Shown here one piece after another: positions 47,840-56,918 of a stretch of DNA of 64,000 bases. The position numbers and the translations under genes were made by a program. Source of the DNA: Candidatus Binatia bacterium. Lineage in GTDB: Bacteria; Desulfobacterota; Binatia; Bin18. Every line of letters begins with the position of its first letter. Within the stretch, counting starts at the first letter, position 1. The notes beneath the pieces were generated by a model. That model searched no databases and was not told the origin of the DNA. It saw only the letters and a program-made list of their open reading frames with translations. The stretch is taken from the NCBI GenBank assembly GCA_963664395.2, contig OY761159.2:352001-416000 (forward strand), in the 5' to 3' direction.

Positions 47840-48514
47840 ATGGCCCATTTACTCATTGCCTTTAAGCGGAAAGATGGTCTCAGCCTGGCTGACTTCTCAC
47901 GTCACTGGCGCGAGGTGCATGCCCCACTCGCCAAGCGGATGCCCGGCCTGCGTGGCTATGTCCAAAACCATAGCGCGTCCGTGGTGAGCCGGAGCCAAGC
48001 CTATGACGGGGTGGTGGAAATCTGGATGGACAGTGAAGACGCCATCACCGCGGCCTTTCGGAGCAAGGAATATCGTGAAGGCGCGTATGCGGATGAGCCG
48101 AATTTTGCGGATGTCAAAAACGTGGTGCGGCTCGTCACCGCAGACCATGTGCTGCGCGAGGGAGAGGAGTACACCAGCCCCGAGCCACGGATCAAACGGC
48201 TGTCTTTCATCAAACGGAAGCCTGATTGGGACCGGGATGAGTTCTTCCGCTACTGGAAAGACGTGCACGGCCCACTGGCACTCGCCCTGCCCGGTGTGCA
48301 GCGCTATGTCCAGTGCCACGCCCTACCTTCGGCGTATGAGCAGGGCGAGCCGCAGTACGACGGCGTAGCAGAACTGTGGTTTGAGACCCTGGGCGATCTG
48401 CACTTTGCCCTGACGTCCGCGGAATACAAAGACCACGCCCAACCGGACGGTGCAAAGTTCATTGACCCAACATCAACGTTCACTCTGATTACCGAAGAGC
48501 ACCGGATTGTGTAG
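47840..48514 (+). CDS. Tandem EthD-domain protein
   Basis: Two repeats of KRK..F..(H/Y)W..VH.PLA..PG...YVQ..YDGV.E.W; RBS GAGGAGG fits ATG 47840. Confidence 0.9.
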   Translation: MAHLLIAFKRKDGLSLADFSRHWREVHAPLAKRMPGLRGYVQNHSASVVSRSQAYDGVVEIWMDSEDAITAAFRSKEYREGAYADEPNFADVKNVVRLVTADHVLREGEEYTSPEPRIKRLSFIKRKPDWDRDEFFRYWKDVHGPLALALPGVQRYVQCHALPSAYEQGEPQYDGVAELWFETLGDLHFALTSAEYKDHAQPDGAKFIDPTSTFTLITEEHRIV

Positions 48515-48581
48515 CGCCGCTCTGCGCTACAACAGGACAGTGCCTGCGCTCCCAGATTGAGTCTCCACCCCTACCCGGGGC

Positions 48582-49718
48582 TCAGGTCCGAGACGGCAAG
48601 CGCACCACGCCCGTGCTGAGCACGGACAGTTCGCCGTCCTGGTTTTTGGCGTTCTGCTGCACCTCGACGCAATGCTGGCCGTCTTCCTCGAAAATCCGAG
48701 TCACCTCGCCGTTGATAAAAAGCGTATCGCCGACCGGATTGTGACGCCGTATCTTGACGGAAATCTGGCGCAGAAAACCCTGGTCGCCCATCCAGTCGGT
48801 CAGATGGTGGGCCATCCACGAGGTGCGCTCCGGGCCATAGTCGTAGGCTTCGGGCGTACCGACCCGTTGGGCCAGCTCGGTATCCCAGTGGACGCGCTCG
48901 GGCACGTCAGGAATGCCAAAACGGTCAGGAATACCCAGCCCAGGATGTTTGTGGAGTTGCTTCCAGGCCAGGCGGTTGGCCCGGATATACAGCCCACCCC
49001 AGCCCTGGGCATAGGCGATAAAGCCGGTGACCGTCATCGGGCCTTTGACCATGGTCGGCAGGCTGTCGCCAACGCTGACCTCTTCGATATAACGCGGCGT
49101 TGCTCCGCGCACTTCTTCCTGCGCGTACTGGGCGAAGATCTCGGCGATGTGTTCGCGGCTATAGCTGACCGGCGCTTGCTGTTTGACCTCGGTGTATTTT
49201 GTGCCGCGCTCCCGGGCGGTGTCGCGCTCGGTCCGAAAACACCAGCTATCGCCTGCGATCACCAGCTCGTTATCCTGGTTGTAATAATCAACATGATAAA
49301 TCTGTTGAATCGCGCGACCGGCAAAACGTGTCTCGTGTTCTATCAAGTCCTTCAAGCGGGCTTTGGTAGTAAAGGAATCATTGCGAAATATGGGCTTATG
49401 CCAGGTCAAATCCGCACCGGCCCACATGGCGTGAATCCCCGGTAGTCCCCCCACATAGCCACTCAAGACCCGATTCAGCGGGAAGACGAACGACGGCGGA
49501 GCGGTAATCGCGCCGTACTGCGCTTGAGCCGCGTACTCCGGGTCGCACCACAGGGGATTATCGTCGCCGATGCCGTGCGCATAATGGCGGATATTGTCGC
49601 GGGTGGCCTCATAGCACCACGGCTCCAGGGTGTCACCGATAGGGACATTAATAAACTTGCGCAGAGAATCCAGGGCTTCATCGGTGATAATGGCAAAGCG
49701 GGGTTCTTGGGCTGACAT
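48582..49718 (-). CDS. Double hot-dog MaoC/FAS1-like dehydratase
   Basis: DNIRHYAHGIGDDNPLW, APPSF, and second hot-dog motif VHWD..YDYG. Confidence 0.85.
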   Translation of the reverse strand: MSAQEPRFAIITDEALDSLRKFINVPIGDTLEPWCYEATRDNIRHYAHGIGDDNPLWCDPEYAAQAQYGAITAPPSFVFPLNRVLSGYVGGLPGIHAMWAGADLTWHKPIFRNDSFTTKARLKDLIEHETRFAGRAIQQIYHVDYYNQDNELVIAGDSWCFRTERDTARERGTKYTEVKQQAPVSYSREHIAEIFAQYAQEEVRGATPRYIEEVSVGDSLPTMVKGPMTVTGFIAYAQGWGGLYIRANRLAWKQLHKHPGLGIPDRFGIPDVPERVHWDTELAQRVGTPEAYDYGPERTSWMAHHLTDWMGDQGFLRQISVKIRRHNPVGDTLFINGEVTRIFEEDGQHCVEVQQNAKNQDGELSVLSTGVVRLPSRT

Positions 49719-49880
49719 GGCTGCTCTTTACTCCTTGATCTCCGGCGAAATCAGGCTATATTTTTGCGCCCTCAGCATGGGGGATTTGTGCCGGGAGCGC
49801 AAGACAGGACGCCTATCAGAAAAAACTTCGGGCTGATTTCCGGCGGCCTGCTGTTCTCCCGGCCGGCGCAGAGTATGCCC

Positions 49881-50657
49881 CTACTCAAGACCGGAGTAGT
49901 CGAATGGCATGGGTTCGATATCACCAGCCTGAATCGCATTCAGTCGTGCGTCTGAGAGCGGATAGCTGAATTGTTCATTGCGCATATGGAGCCGCTGGAG
50001 CAGAATCTTGTGGACCATGTCAGCGACCTCATCCCACTCGGCTGGAGAGAGTGTCTGCTGCGAGAGACCAACAAAGCCAGAGCGCATATGCCCGATTTCG
50101 TCGTTATAGACTTGCTCACACGCTTTTGCGATGCGGTCATTCGGCTCGCCTGTCCCCGCCAGCCGCATCCCCGCGACAAACATGCTGCAATACCCGCCCT
50201 CAGTAAAACGCGAGGCAAAATGACCCAGTTGACCCCGTTTATCCCTGTAGTCGTAGCGCAGGTGGGCCAGCGTTTCATCCGCCTCCCAGCCCATGAGTTG
50301 CTGGGGGTTCAGCCTGGTACCACTGATATAGTCGTAGATGTCGGCAAACAAACAGTAGTGATAGAATTCGGAACGCAGGTCGTCGATCACATCCAACACA
50401 GTATGGCGATCAACCTCGCGGTCGATCTTGGAGAAGACGGCGTCCAGGTAGGCCACCGGCCCCTGAAAGAGGCCCTTCTTCTTATCGCCGATGCCCGAGC
50501 CCCAGATCTCCTTGAAACACTGGCGCTTAAGCCACACCAGATCGCTTTGGTTCGTGCGCTGCGGACTCTGGAAATAGGTCCGGACAATCTCCTCCTCGCC
50601 GGCCCACAGGGGGGCGGCAAGGGCAACCAGCCGTCTGAGATTTTCGTGTATCGGCAT
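49881..50657 (-). CDS. Ferritin-like di-iron protein, function unknown
   Basis: Ligand pattern E (KEIWG), ExxH (EFYH), E (TEGG), ExxH (EIGH). Confidence 0.65.
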   Translation of the reverse strand: MPIHENLRRLVALAAPLWAGEEEIVRTYFQSPQRTNQSDLVWLKRQCFKEIWGSGIGDKKKGLFQGPVAYLDAVFSKIDREVDRHTVLDVIDDLRSEFYHYCLFADIYDYISGTRLNPQQLMGWEADETLAHLRYDYRDKRGQLGHFASRFTEGGYCSMFVAGMRLAGTGEPNDRIAKACEQVYNDEIGHMRSGFVGLSQQTLSPAEWDEVADMVHKILLQRLHMRNEQFSYPLSDARLNAIQAGDIEPMPFDYSGLE

Positions 50658-50691
50658 AAGAAACCCGTATCAGAGCACGCGCTGGGCTGAG

Positions 50692-51399
50692 CTAGGCTGC
50701 ATTTCTGTTGGCATCGATGTGATCGCCCAACTCGCAAATGCCCTGATAGAACAACTTGCAGGCCGTCAGCGCCAGTTCCATGCCATCCAGGACTTCCCGG
50801 CGCTCAGCCTCAGTGGTCACGTGCCGGGCGATTGGCTCCCAGACCTGCCGGCCGGCATGATCGTCGTCCGCCTTGGTGTGGTAGGTGAAAAAGAAGACCT
50901 GCTCGTCATTGAGATTATAGGTTGCCTTCCACGCCTCAGGCCGAAAATTGTGCTCGCCGGACATGGCGGTCAGCATGAACTCATCCACCGAGGTCGCCAG
51001 CCAGCCTGCAACCCAGTGTTTTGAGCGGGCAATATTCTCCCACACGTTCAGCGCAACATCGACCAGCGGCACCGCGCGGGTATTGTCCATTTCCCCATTG
51101 GTCAGGCCGACGTTGCGGCCCATTTCCCACAACAGCGTTGTATGGGGCTGGGAAATCTCGTCATCATACACCAGCTCTTCCCGCATCTGCCCAATGGTCT
51201 TGCGGACAATAGCCAAGTCAGGACACCGACTCACCCAGGCCGGACGGATAACCGCACTGAACAATCGGTTACGCAGGATGTGCTGCAAGATAAAGGCCTG
51301 GCCACGCCCCGGAGTCAGCGACTCAACCAGCCAGGGGACTTCAGGAGCAATGTCGAGGGCGCGCTCGCAAATGACATCAACAATAGAAGTCTGTGACAT
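50692..51399 (-). CDS. Heme-oxygenase-like di-iron oxidase (iron-containing redox enzyme, CADD/PqqC-like)
   Basis: REEL..PH, DE, FFTYHTKADDDH (H-x3-D-x2-H). Confidence 0.75.
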   Translation of the reverse strand: MSQTSIVDVICERALDIAPEVPWLVESLTPGRGQAFILQHILRNRLFSAVIRPAWVSRCPDLAIVRKTIGQMREELVYDDEISQPHTTLLWEMGRNVGLTNGEMDNTRAVPLVDVALNVWENIARSKHWVAGWLATSVDEFMLTAMSGEHNFRPEAWKATYNLNDEQVFFFTYHTKADDDHAGRQVWEPIARHVTTEAERREVLDGMELALTACKLFYQGICELGDHIDANRNAA

Positions 51400-51448
51400 T
51401 TTCTATCCTCTTCTATCCTCACTTTTATTTTCGGTTCTCAACCCGGCT

Positions 51449-52615
51449 TTAGGGCTGGCCAAGCACGGCGACACACGAGACTGCCCCAGGGCCACCTACG
51501 TTATGGACTAAACCCATTTTTGGATCTTTGACTTGACGCAGTCCGGCCTCACCTCGAAGCTGGGTGACGATTTCATACACCATACGCACACCGCTCGCGC
51601 CAATAGGATGGCCAAACGACTTGAGCCCGCCACTGGGGTTGACCGGGATATCACCGTCCAAGGCGGTGCGGCCTTCTTCAATCAGCTTGGCGCCCTGACC
51701 CTTTTGGATAAAGCCGAGGTCTTCGTAGTTGGAAATCTCCGTCCAGGTAAAGCAGTCGTGCACCTCGGCGACGTCGATTTCCTTCAGCGGGTCGGTAATG
51801 CCGGCCATGGCATAGGCCTGGGCCGAGGCGTTTTGGGTGGCACGAAAGCCAAGGTAGTCAAAGTTCGGGTCCATGAACGGCCGGCCGCTCGTCACGGACA
51901 GCCCTACACCTTTGACCAGGATATGGTCGGCACGATATTTTTTCGCCAGGTCGGCTCGGCAGACTATGGCCGCGGCTGCGCCATCAGTCGTCGGACAGCA
52001 GTCGTACAGCCCAAACGGATAGGCCACAACCGGCGCAGTCAGGACGGTTTCCAGTGTGACTTCCTTCTGCAAGTGGGCTTTGGCGTTGAGCGCACCATTG
52101 TGATGGTTCTTCACCGCGACTTTCGCCAGGGTTTCACGGGTCAAGCCGAACTCGTACATATAGCGTGTGGCGGCCAGGGCAAACAGTCCCGGTGCGGTTG
52201 AGCCATCGTGGTAATACGGATGCACGCCCTCTCGGGCGAGCCCACGTCCGGGACGGTCTTTATATTTTTCAACGCCTAAGACGAGAGCCGTATCATACAT
52301 ACCGGAGGCGACCGCGAGGACCGCGTGCCGAAAAGCATCAGTCCCCGTCGCGCAAAAGTTTTCCACTCTGGAAATTGGCTTATCGTACAACCGCAGGGCA
52401 TCACCGAGCGACACCGCGGCTTTGCCGTGCCCCTGCGCCGGTGAATAGGTTCCAAGCCAGGCCGCATCGATCTCTTCGGGAGAGATGTGGGCGTCATGAA
52501 ATGCCGCATACGCGGCATCAACCGCCATGTCTTCATAGCCCTGATCAAAATTATCGCCGAACTTGATACAGCCAACACCGATAACCGCGACTTGATCTTT
52601 GAGCGACCTAGCCAT
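51449..52615 (-). CDS. SCP-x-type thiolase/acetyl-CoA acetyltransferase
   Basis: VENFCATG, TDGAAA, EVHDCF, NPSGGL..GHPIGASG, HNVGG. Confidence 0.92.
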   Translation of the reverse strand: MARSLKDQVAVIGVGCIKFGDNFDQGYEDMAVDAAYAAFHDAHISPEEIDAAWLGTYSPAQGHGKAAVSLGDALRLYDKPISRVENFCATGTDAFRHAVLAVASGMYDTALVLGVEKYKDRPGRGLAREGVHPYYHDGSTAPGLFALAATRYMYEFGLTRETLAKVAVKNHHNGALNAKAHLQKEVTLETVLTAPVVAYPFGLYDCCPTTDGAAAAIVCRADLAKKYRADHILVKGVGLSVTSGRPFMDPNFDYLGFRATQNASAQAYAMAGITDPLKEIDVAEVHDCFTWTEISNYEDLGFIQKGQGAKLIEEGRTALDGDIPVNPSGGLKSFGHPIGASGVRMVYEIVTQLRGEAGLRQVKDPKMGLVHNVGGPGAVSCVAVLGQP

Positions 52616-52710
52616 CTGTGTGTCCTCCCTTTCGAGCCCCCATGCTAGCCGAGCGCGCGGCCCTTAGCCAGACCGGGATTTCCATGGAACGCGGGATACC
52701 CCGCTCATCA

Positions 52711-54111
52711 CTAGCGCGCCGGTCTGCATTTCCAATAGTAGTTGTGCATAGTCGGCCCCTCCTTCATGCGTCTGAGGGTCAGGACAACTGCATCACCAAT
52801 ACGCACGTCTTCCGGGTCAACATCGGTCATCTGTAAATAGAGACGGCCGCCCCGGTCGACGTCGACCACGCTCATAATGGTCGGAGAGTCGGGAGCCACA
52901 TAGAGATGATCGCGGGTAAAGGTAAAAACCTGGCCGGTGTGTGCGAGCGGGACTTCCTGGAGTGAGTCGTGATTCTTACACACACTGCATACCCGTGTGA
53001 GTGGATATTGGCGCGTCCCACAACTCAGACACAGCGTTCCGTGCAAACGGACATTTTGGCTCTCTTCTTTTTCTAAGAGCACATTGGACAGTTCGGCGGC
53101 CTCTTGATGCTCGCCATAGTAGGAACGCATTTTTCGGAAAATCTGGTAAGAGGCATACAGTCGCCTTTCACTAATGTGGTCCGAGAGCGACGACTGAAGT
53201 GGACGTTTGCGAATCTCCTCGGTTACACGCAATAAGACACCATCCGCCCCATCTCCATAGTTGAGCAGGAGGAGCAACTCGCCCGGACGCGCAACTTCCA
53301 ATGCCTTCGCGAGCAAGAGGAAAGGAGCGGCACTGCCAGTTGCTCCCATATCCACAAAGAACGGATCGAGAATCTGCGGCTCCTGAAAGCCGAGTTGCTT
53401 GGCCGCCGCGCTATGGGCCCGGCCATCTGGAGAGGGGCATATCACTGTGGCCACATGCCGGGCCTGCAGCCCGTGCTTTTCGAGCAGGGTCCTGCCGACT
53501 GTGACTAGGCTTTTTTGATAGCCGCGCTCAGTCGAAAAGCGAGACGCCTGGGTCTGGATGAAATCATCTCCATCGCGGCGCCATTCATCCCAAAAGTTGC
53601 TGGAGCAGGTTGCCAGCCCCAAAATTTCAGCCAGCACATTTTCCCGCCCGATGGTGACAGCGCTGCCGGCGTCACCAAACCATTCTTCTTCACTTTCTCC
53701 CGGCTGTCCGTCGCGCACCTCGCCCGTTGCGATCAAGATGTTGGACAGACGACGGCTATTGAGCGCGTCTACACCCGCTCGTAAGGCGGCAGTGGCTGAG
53801 CGTAAGCTGCCACCAAAGTCCGACGTCTCGCAGGCTGCCGACAGGTCGCAGGCTGCCGCCAGAAAGCTGGCGGTCGAACGTTGCCAAAAAGGGGCGGACG
53901 TTGAGGCAAAGAAGAGGGCGTCAACGTCTTTCTTATCGCGGTATTCCAAACAGCGCTGGGCCGCCTCAAATCCGAGGGTGAGGGCGTCTTCATCAAAATA
54001 GATTGCGGCCCGTTCGCCTTTCCCAGGACGACGGTCCCAGGCTTGACCAAAGTGCGCCCGCTCCAGGCGACAGAAGGGCACATGATAGCCGCAGCTTGTA
54101 ATGCCGATCAT
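52711..54111 (-). CDS. HMG-CoA-synthase-like domain fused to DUF35 (Zn-ribbon plus OB fold)
   Basis: DEDALTL, FASTS, GDAG, DMGATG, YGDGAD; C-terminal CLSC..CSVC and YYWKC; start placed at ATG 54111. Confidence 0.88.
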   Translation of the reverse strand: MIGITSCGYHVPFCRLERAHFGQAWDRRPGKGERAAIYFDEDALTLGFEAAQRCLEYRDKKDVDALFFASTSAPFWQRSTASFLAAACDLSAACETSDFGGSLRSATAALRAGVDALNSRRLSNILIATGEVRDGQPGESEEEWFGDAGSAVTIGRENVLAEILGLATCSSNFWDEWRRDGDDFIQTQASRFSTERGYQKSLVTVGRTLLEKHGLQARHVATVICPSPDGRAHSAAAKQLGFQEPQILDPFFVDMGATGSAAPFLLLAKALEVARPGELLLLLNYGDGADGVLLRVTEEIRKRPLQSSLSDHISERRLYASYQIFRKMRSYYGEHQEAAELSNVLLEKEESQNVRLHGTLCLSCGTRQYPLTRVCSVCKNHDSLQEVPLAHTGQVFTFTRDHLYVAPDSPTIMSVVDVDRGGRLYLQMTDVDPEDVRIGDAVVLTLRRMKEGPTMHNYYWKCRPAR

Positions 54112-54139
54112 AGTATTTCCCGGCGTTTCCTGGCGTTTC

Positions 54140-55030
54140 CTATGCAATCCCGGCTTGTTTCGCCCGGTCCAGGATGGTCCGTGCCCGCGTGAGATGGGGC
54201 GCATCGACCATCTGGCCCTTGAAGCTAAACGCCATTTTTCCAGCTTTTTGATTTTCTTCAAAGGCCGCCAGGAGCTCGTGGCTTTCAGCGATTTCTTCCG
54301 CTGAAGGAGTGAACACGGCGTTCACGGTTTCGATCTGGTTGGGATGGATGGTTATTTTGCCAGTGAAGCCCATCCACGCTCCTTCGACACATTCCCGGCG
54401 GAGCCCTTCGCTATCGCGGATATCGACAAACACAGTATCCAGCGGCTGGACTCCCGCTGCGGTTGCCGCCAGGAGCGTCATGATTCGAGCATAGCGGAAC
54501 ACTTCGAGAAATGTGCCGTCTTCACCCCGGTTACGGCGGGCGCCAATGGCGGCAGACAAATCCTCAGCCCCCCACGACAGGGCATCGATTCTCGGACATG
54601 AGCCAAAATCTTTGATGTTCAGTAGTCCCTCAGGCGTCTCTGTTGCCAAAACGACCAGCTTGACCTCACCCGGCGGATAGCCGCACTCCTTTTCCATACG
54701 GCTGAGAGTCGTATCGATCTTGAGCAGGTCATCACGCGTTTTGACCTTAGGGACAAGGTAGGAGTCCGGCCGGCCTTGCATCGTGACTTCAAGATCAGTC
54801 ACCCCCCAGGGTGTATCCAGAGGATTCATCCGGACCATGCGTTCTTGCCGACCAAAGTCCACGTTCTTGAGCCAGTCTGTCACTGTCTCCCGAGCAGAGT
54901 CTTTATTCTCTGGAGTGACCGCATCTTCGAGGTCCAGCACAAGCGAGTCAGCTTCCAGCGCAAGCGACTTGTGCAGCATCTTTTCATTGGCTCCGGGCAC
55001 GAAATGGACGGCACGACGTAAGCGGGTCAT
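54140..55030 (-). CDS. CitE/malyl-CoA lyase-family CoA-ester lyase
   Basis: FVPG, LDLEDAV, VRMN, PKV, ET, GAEDL, GFTGK..IHP.Q, GQMVDAPH. Confidence 0.92.
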   Translation of the reverse strand: MTRLRRAVHFVPGANEKMLHKSLALEADSLVLDLEDAVTPENKDSARETVTDWLKNVDFGRQERMVRMNPLDTPWGVTDLEVTMQGRPDSYLVPKVKTRDDLLKIDTTLSRMEKECGYPPGEVKLVVLATETPEGLLNIKDFGSCPRIDALSWGAEDLSAAIGARRNRGEDGTFLEVFRYARIMTLLAATAAGVQPLDTVFVDIRDSEGLRRECVEGAWMGFTGKITIHPNQIETVNAVFTPSAEEIAESHELLAAFEENQKAGKMAFSFKGQMVDAPHLTRARTILDRAKQAGIA

Positions 55031-55075
55031 GGGAAGTCTCCGGTGGGTGGCTTAGTGCTCTTTCTATCCGAAAGC

Positions 55076-55537
55076 CTACGAAATTTGGGCTTCTTTCTTG
55101 CGCATCATGGCGCCCCGGCGGCAGCTCATCACAATTTCGCCCCGCTGGTTCTTGGCCCGGTGCTCGAAGGTCACAATCCCCCACTGCGGACGGGAGCGCG
55201 ATTCTCGCTTTTCGACGACTTCGGACTCGGCATACAACGTGTCCCCAATAAAAACAGGCTTGGGGAAGACTACTTTTTCAAAACCCAGGTTTCCGACAGT
55301 TGTCCCCAGGGTGGTATCGCCGACAGACAAGCCCACTGCCAGCCCCAAGGTGAAGATACTATTCACCAAGCGTTGGCCAAACTCGGCCTTTTTTGAGAAC
55401 TCTTCATCCAGATGGAGCGGCTGGGGGTTGTGGGTCATAGTCGAGAACAACAGGTTATCCGTCTCGGTAATGGTTCGTCCGGGTTGATGTTGAAATACGT
55501 CACCAACATTCAATTCTTCAAAGTGTTTTCCGGCCAT
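55076..55537 (-). CDS. MaoC-family dehydratase
   Basis: [29 protein letters not shown]; start placed at ATG 55537. Confidence 0.92.
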   Translation of the reverse strand: MAGKHFEELNVGDVFQHQPGRTITETDNLLFSTMTHNPQPLHLDEEFSKKAEFGQRLVNSIFTLGLAVGLSVGDTTLGTTVGNLGFEKVVFPKPVFIGDTLYAESEVVEKRESRSRPQWGIVTFEHRAKNQRGEIVMSCRRGAMMRKKEAQIS

Positions 55538-55675
55538 ACGGTCCTCCTTACAGAGCAGTCCTTTCAAGCAAAGGGGCGTGTGGACGTTTGCTTACCACGT
55601 CCGCTGAAGTCGTGCCAGCGAGGGAGGTGCAAAATTGAGCAGGGCGGTAATAACGGCCCTCCGCACCAGAACACC

Positions 55676-56866
55676 TTATCTCGCTCGGTCGGCCTGATAC
55701 CAAATCCGCCCATCTTTGACTGTAAGATAGGCAACGAGTTTTTTCTCGCCGACCATATGGTTCTGGTCGGTATCGACAAAATCAAATGCGCCCTGTTCAA
55801 GACTGAGCACGGCGACATCGGCAATGGCACCGGGTCTGAGCGTTCCGAGTTGCTCAGCCTCTCCAATCACGCGGGCGGGATTGGTGGTGACGCAGCGGAT
55901 CACGTCTTCCAGGCCCATGCCCAGGTTTAAGAGCTTGGACATGGTCGTCGGCAGATCGAAGACCGGTCCTTTCGTCGCACTGGGGAGCGTCAGATCGGTC
56001 GCGATCGTGTCAGGCAAGAATCCCGCATCTAACGCCTGCTGCACAAATGGAAACGGAAAGTGCATGCGACCGTGCGCGCAGTCAAAAATAATACCCTCTT
56101 TTTGCGCGGCCCAGACTTCTTTGAGAATGGCCTTCTTTTCCGGGCCCATGATGCCGTATTCAAAACCGTGGAAGCAGTGGGTCACGACATCGCCCGGCTT
56201 GAGAAATTCCAGAATTTGAGGAACCGGCAGCAGCGCGTCTGTGATATGCACCATCAGTGGAACATTGGCCATATCCGCGGCTTGGCGCGCAAGACGCAGC
56301 GGCTCAGTTCCGGCAGAGTCAGGCACGACGTTGTTGCTAAAGCGGAGCTTAACGCCAATGGCAAGGTCACGATTATTGATGATCGTCCGGGCACAGCCCT
56401 CCGGGTCGGCATAATCCATATGCATTAACTCACCAACTTGGAGGTGCATCAGACCCAAGGCTGACAGATGGATAAAACAGCGCAACCGGACTTCACTATT
56501 GTTCGCCACATACTGACGTAATCCAGGGAAGGTGGCGGAACCAGAGCTGCCTGCGTCGATTATCGTTGTCACGCCACTCGCAGCACAGCGGCTATCGGTT
56601 TCAGTGCCCATATCGTGGGCATTTATAAACGTATGCGCGTGAATGTCGATCAGCCCAGGGCAGACAATCTTGCCTGATACGTCACGGACTCGGGCCGCTT
56701 GTGTCGCAGGAATGTCCACCGCAACAGTTGCTATTTTGCCGTTGCGGATCGCAACGTCGGCTTTTTGCGGCTTTTGATACTCAGACCAGCCAGGGTCAAT
56801 GACCTCGCCGCCTTTTATGAGGAGATCGTATTGCACTTTACGTTCTACTGCGTGAGACTGCGGCAT
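55676..56866 (-). CDS. Dihydroorotase-like amidohydrolase/deacetylase
   Basis: PGLIDIHAH, GVTT..DAGS, GVK, MVH, VTHCF, DCAHG, IATD; start placed at ATG 56866. Confidence 0.9.
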   Translation of the reverse strand: MPQSHAVERKVQYDLLIKGGEVIDPGWSEYQKPQKADVAIRNGKIATVAVDIPATQAARVRDVSGKIVCPGLIDIHAHTFINAHDMGTETDSRCAASGVTTIIDAGSSGSATFPGLRQYVANNSEVRLRCFIHLSALGLMHLQVGELMHMDYADPEGCARTIINNRDLAIGVKLRFSNNVVPDSAGTEPLRLARQAADMANVPLMVHITDALLPVPQILEFLKPGDVVTHCFHGFEYGIMGPEKKAILKEVWAAQKEGIIFDCAHGRMHFPFPFVQQALDAGFLPDTIATDLTLPSATKGPVFDLPTTMSKLLNLGMGLEDVIRCVTTNPARVIGEAEQLGTLRPGAIADVAVLSLEQGAFDFVDTDQNHMVGEKKLVAYLTVKDGRIWYQADRAR

Positions 56867-56918
56867 GAATGTCTCCTGTTCTTCCGGCCTGACACCGGAC
56901 TTGGACAGACGTGCGGTA

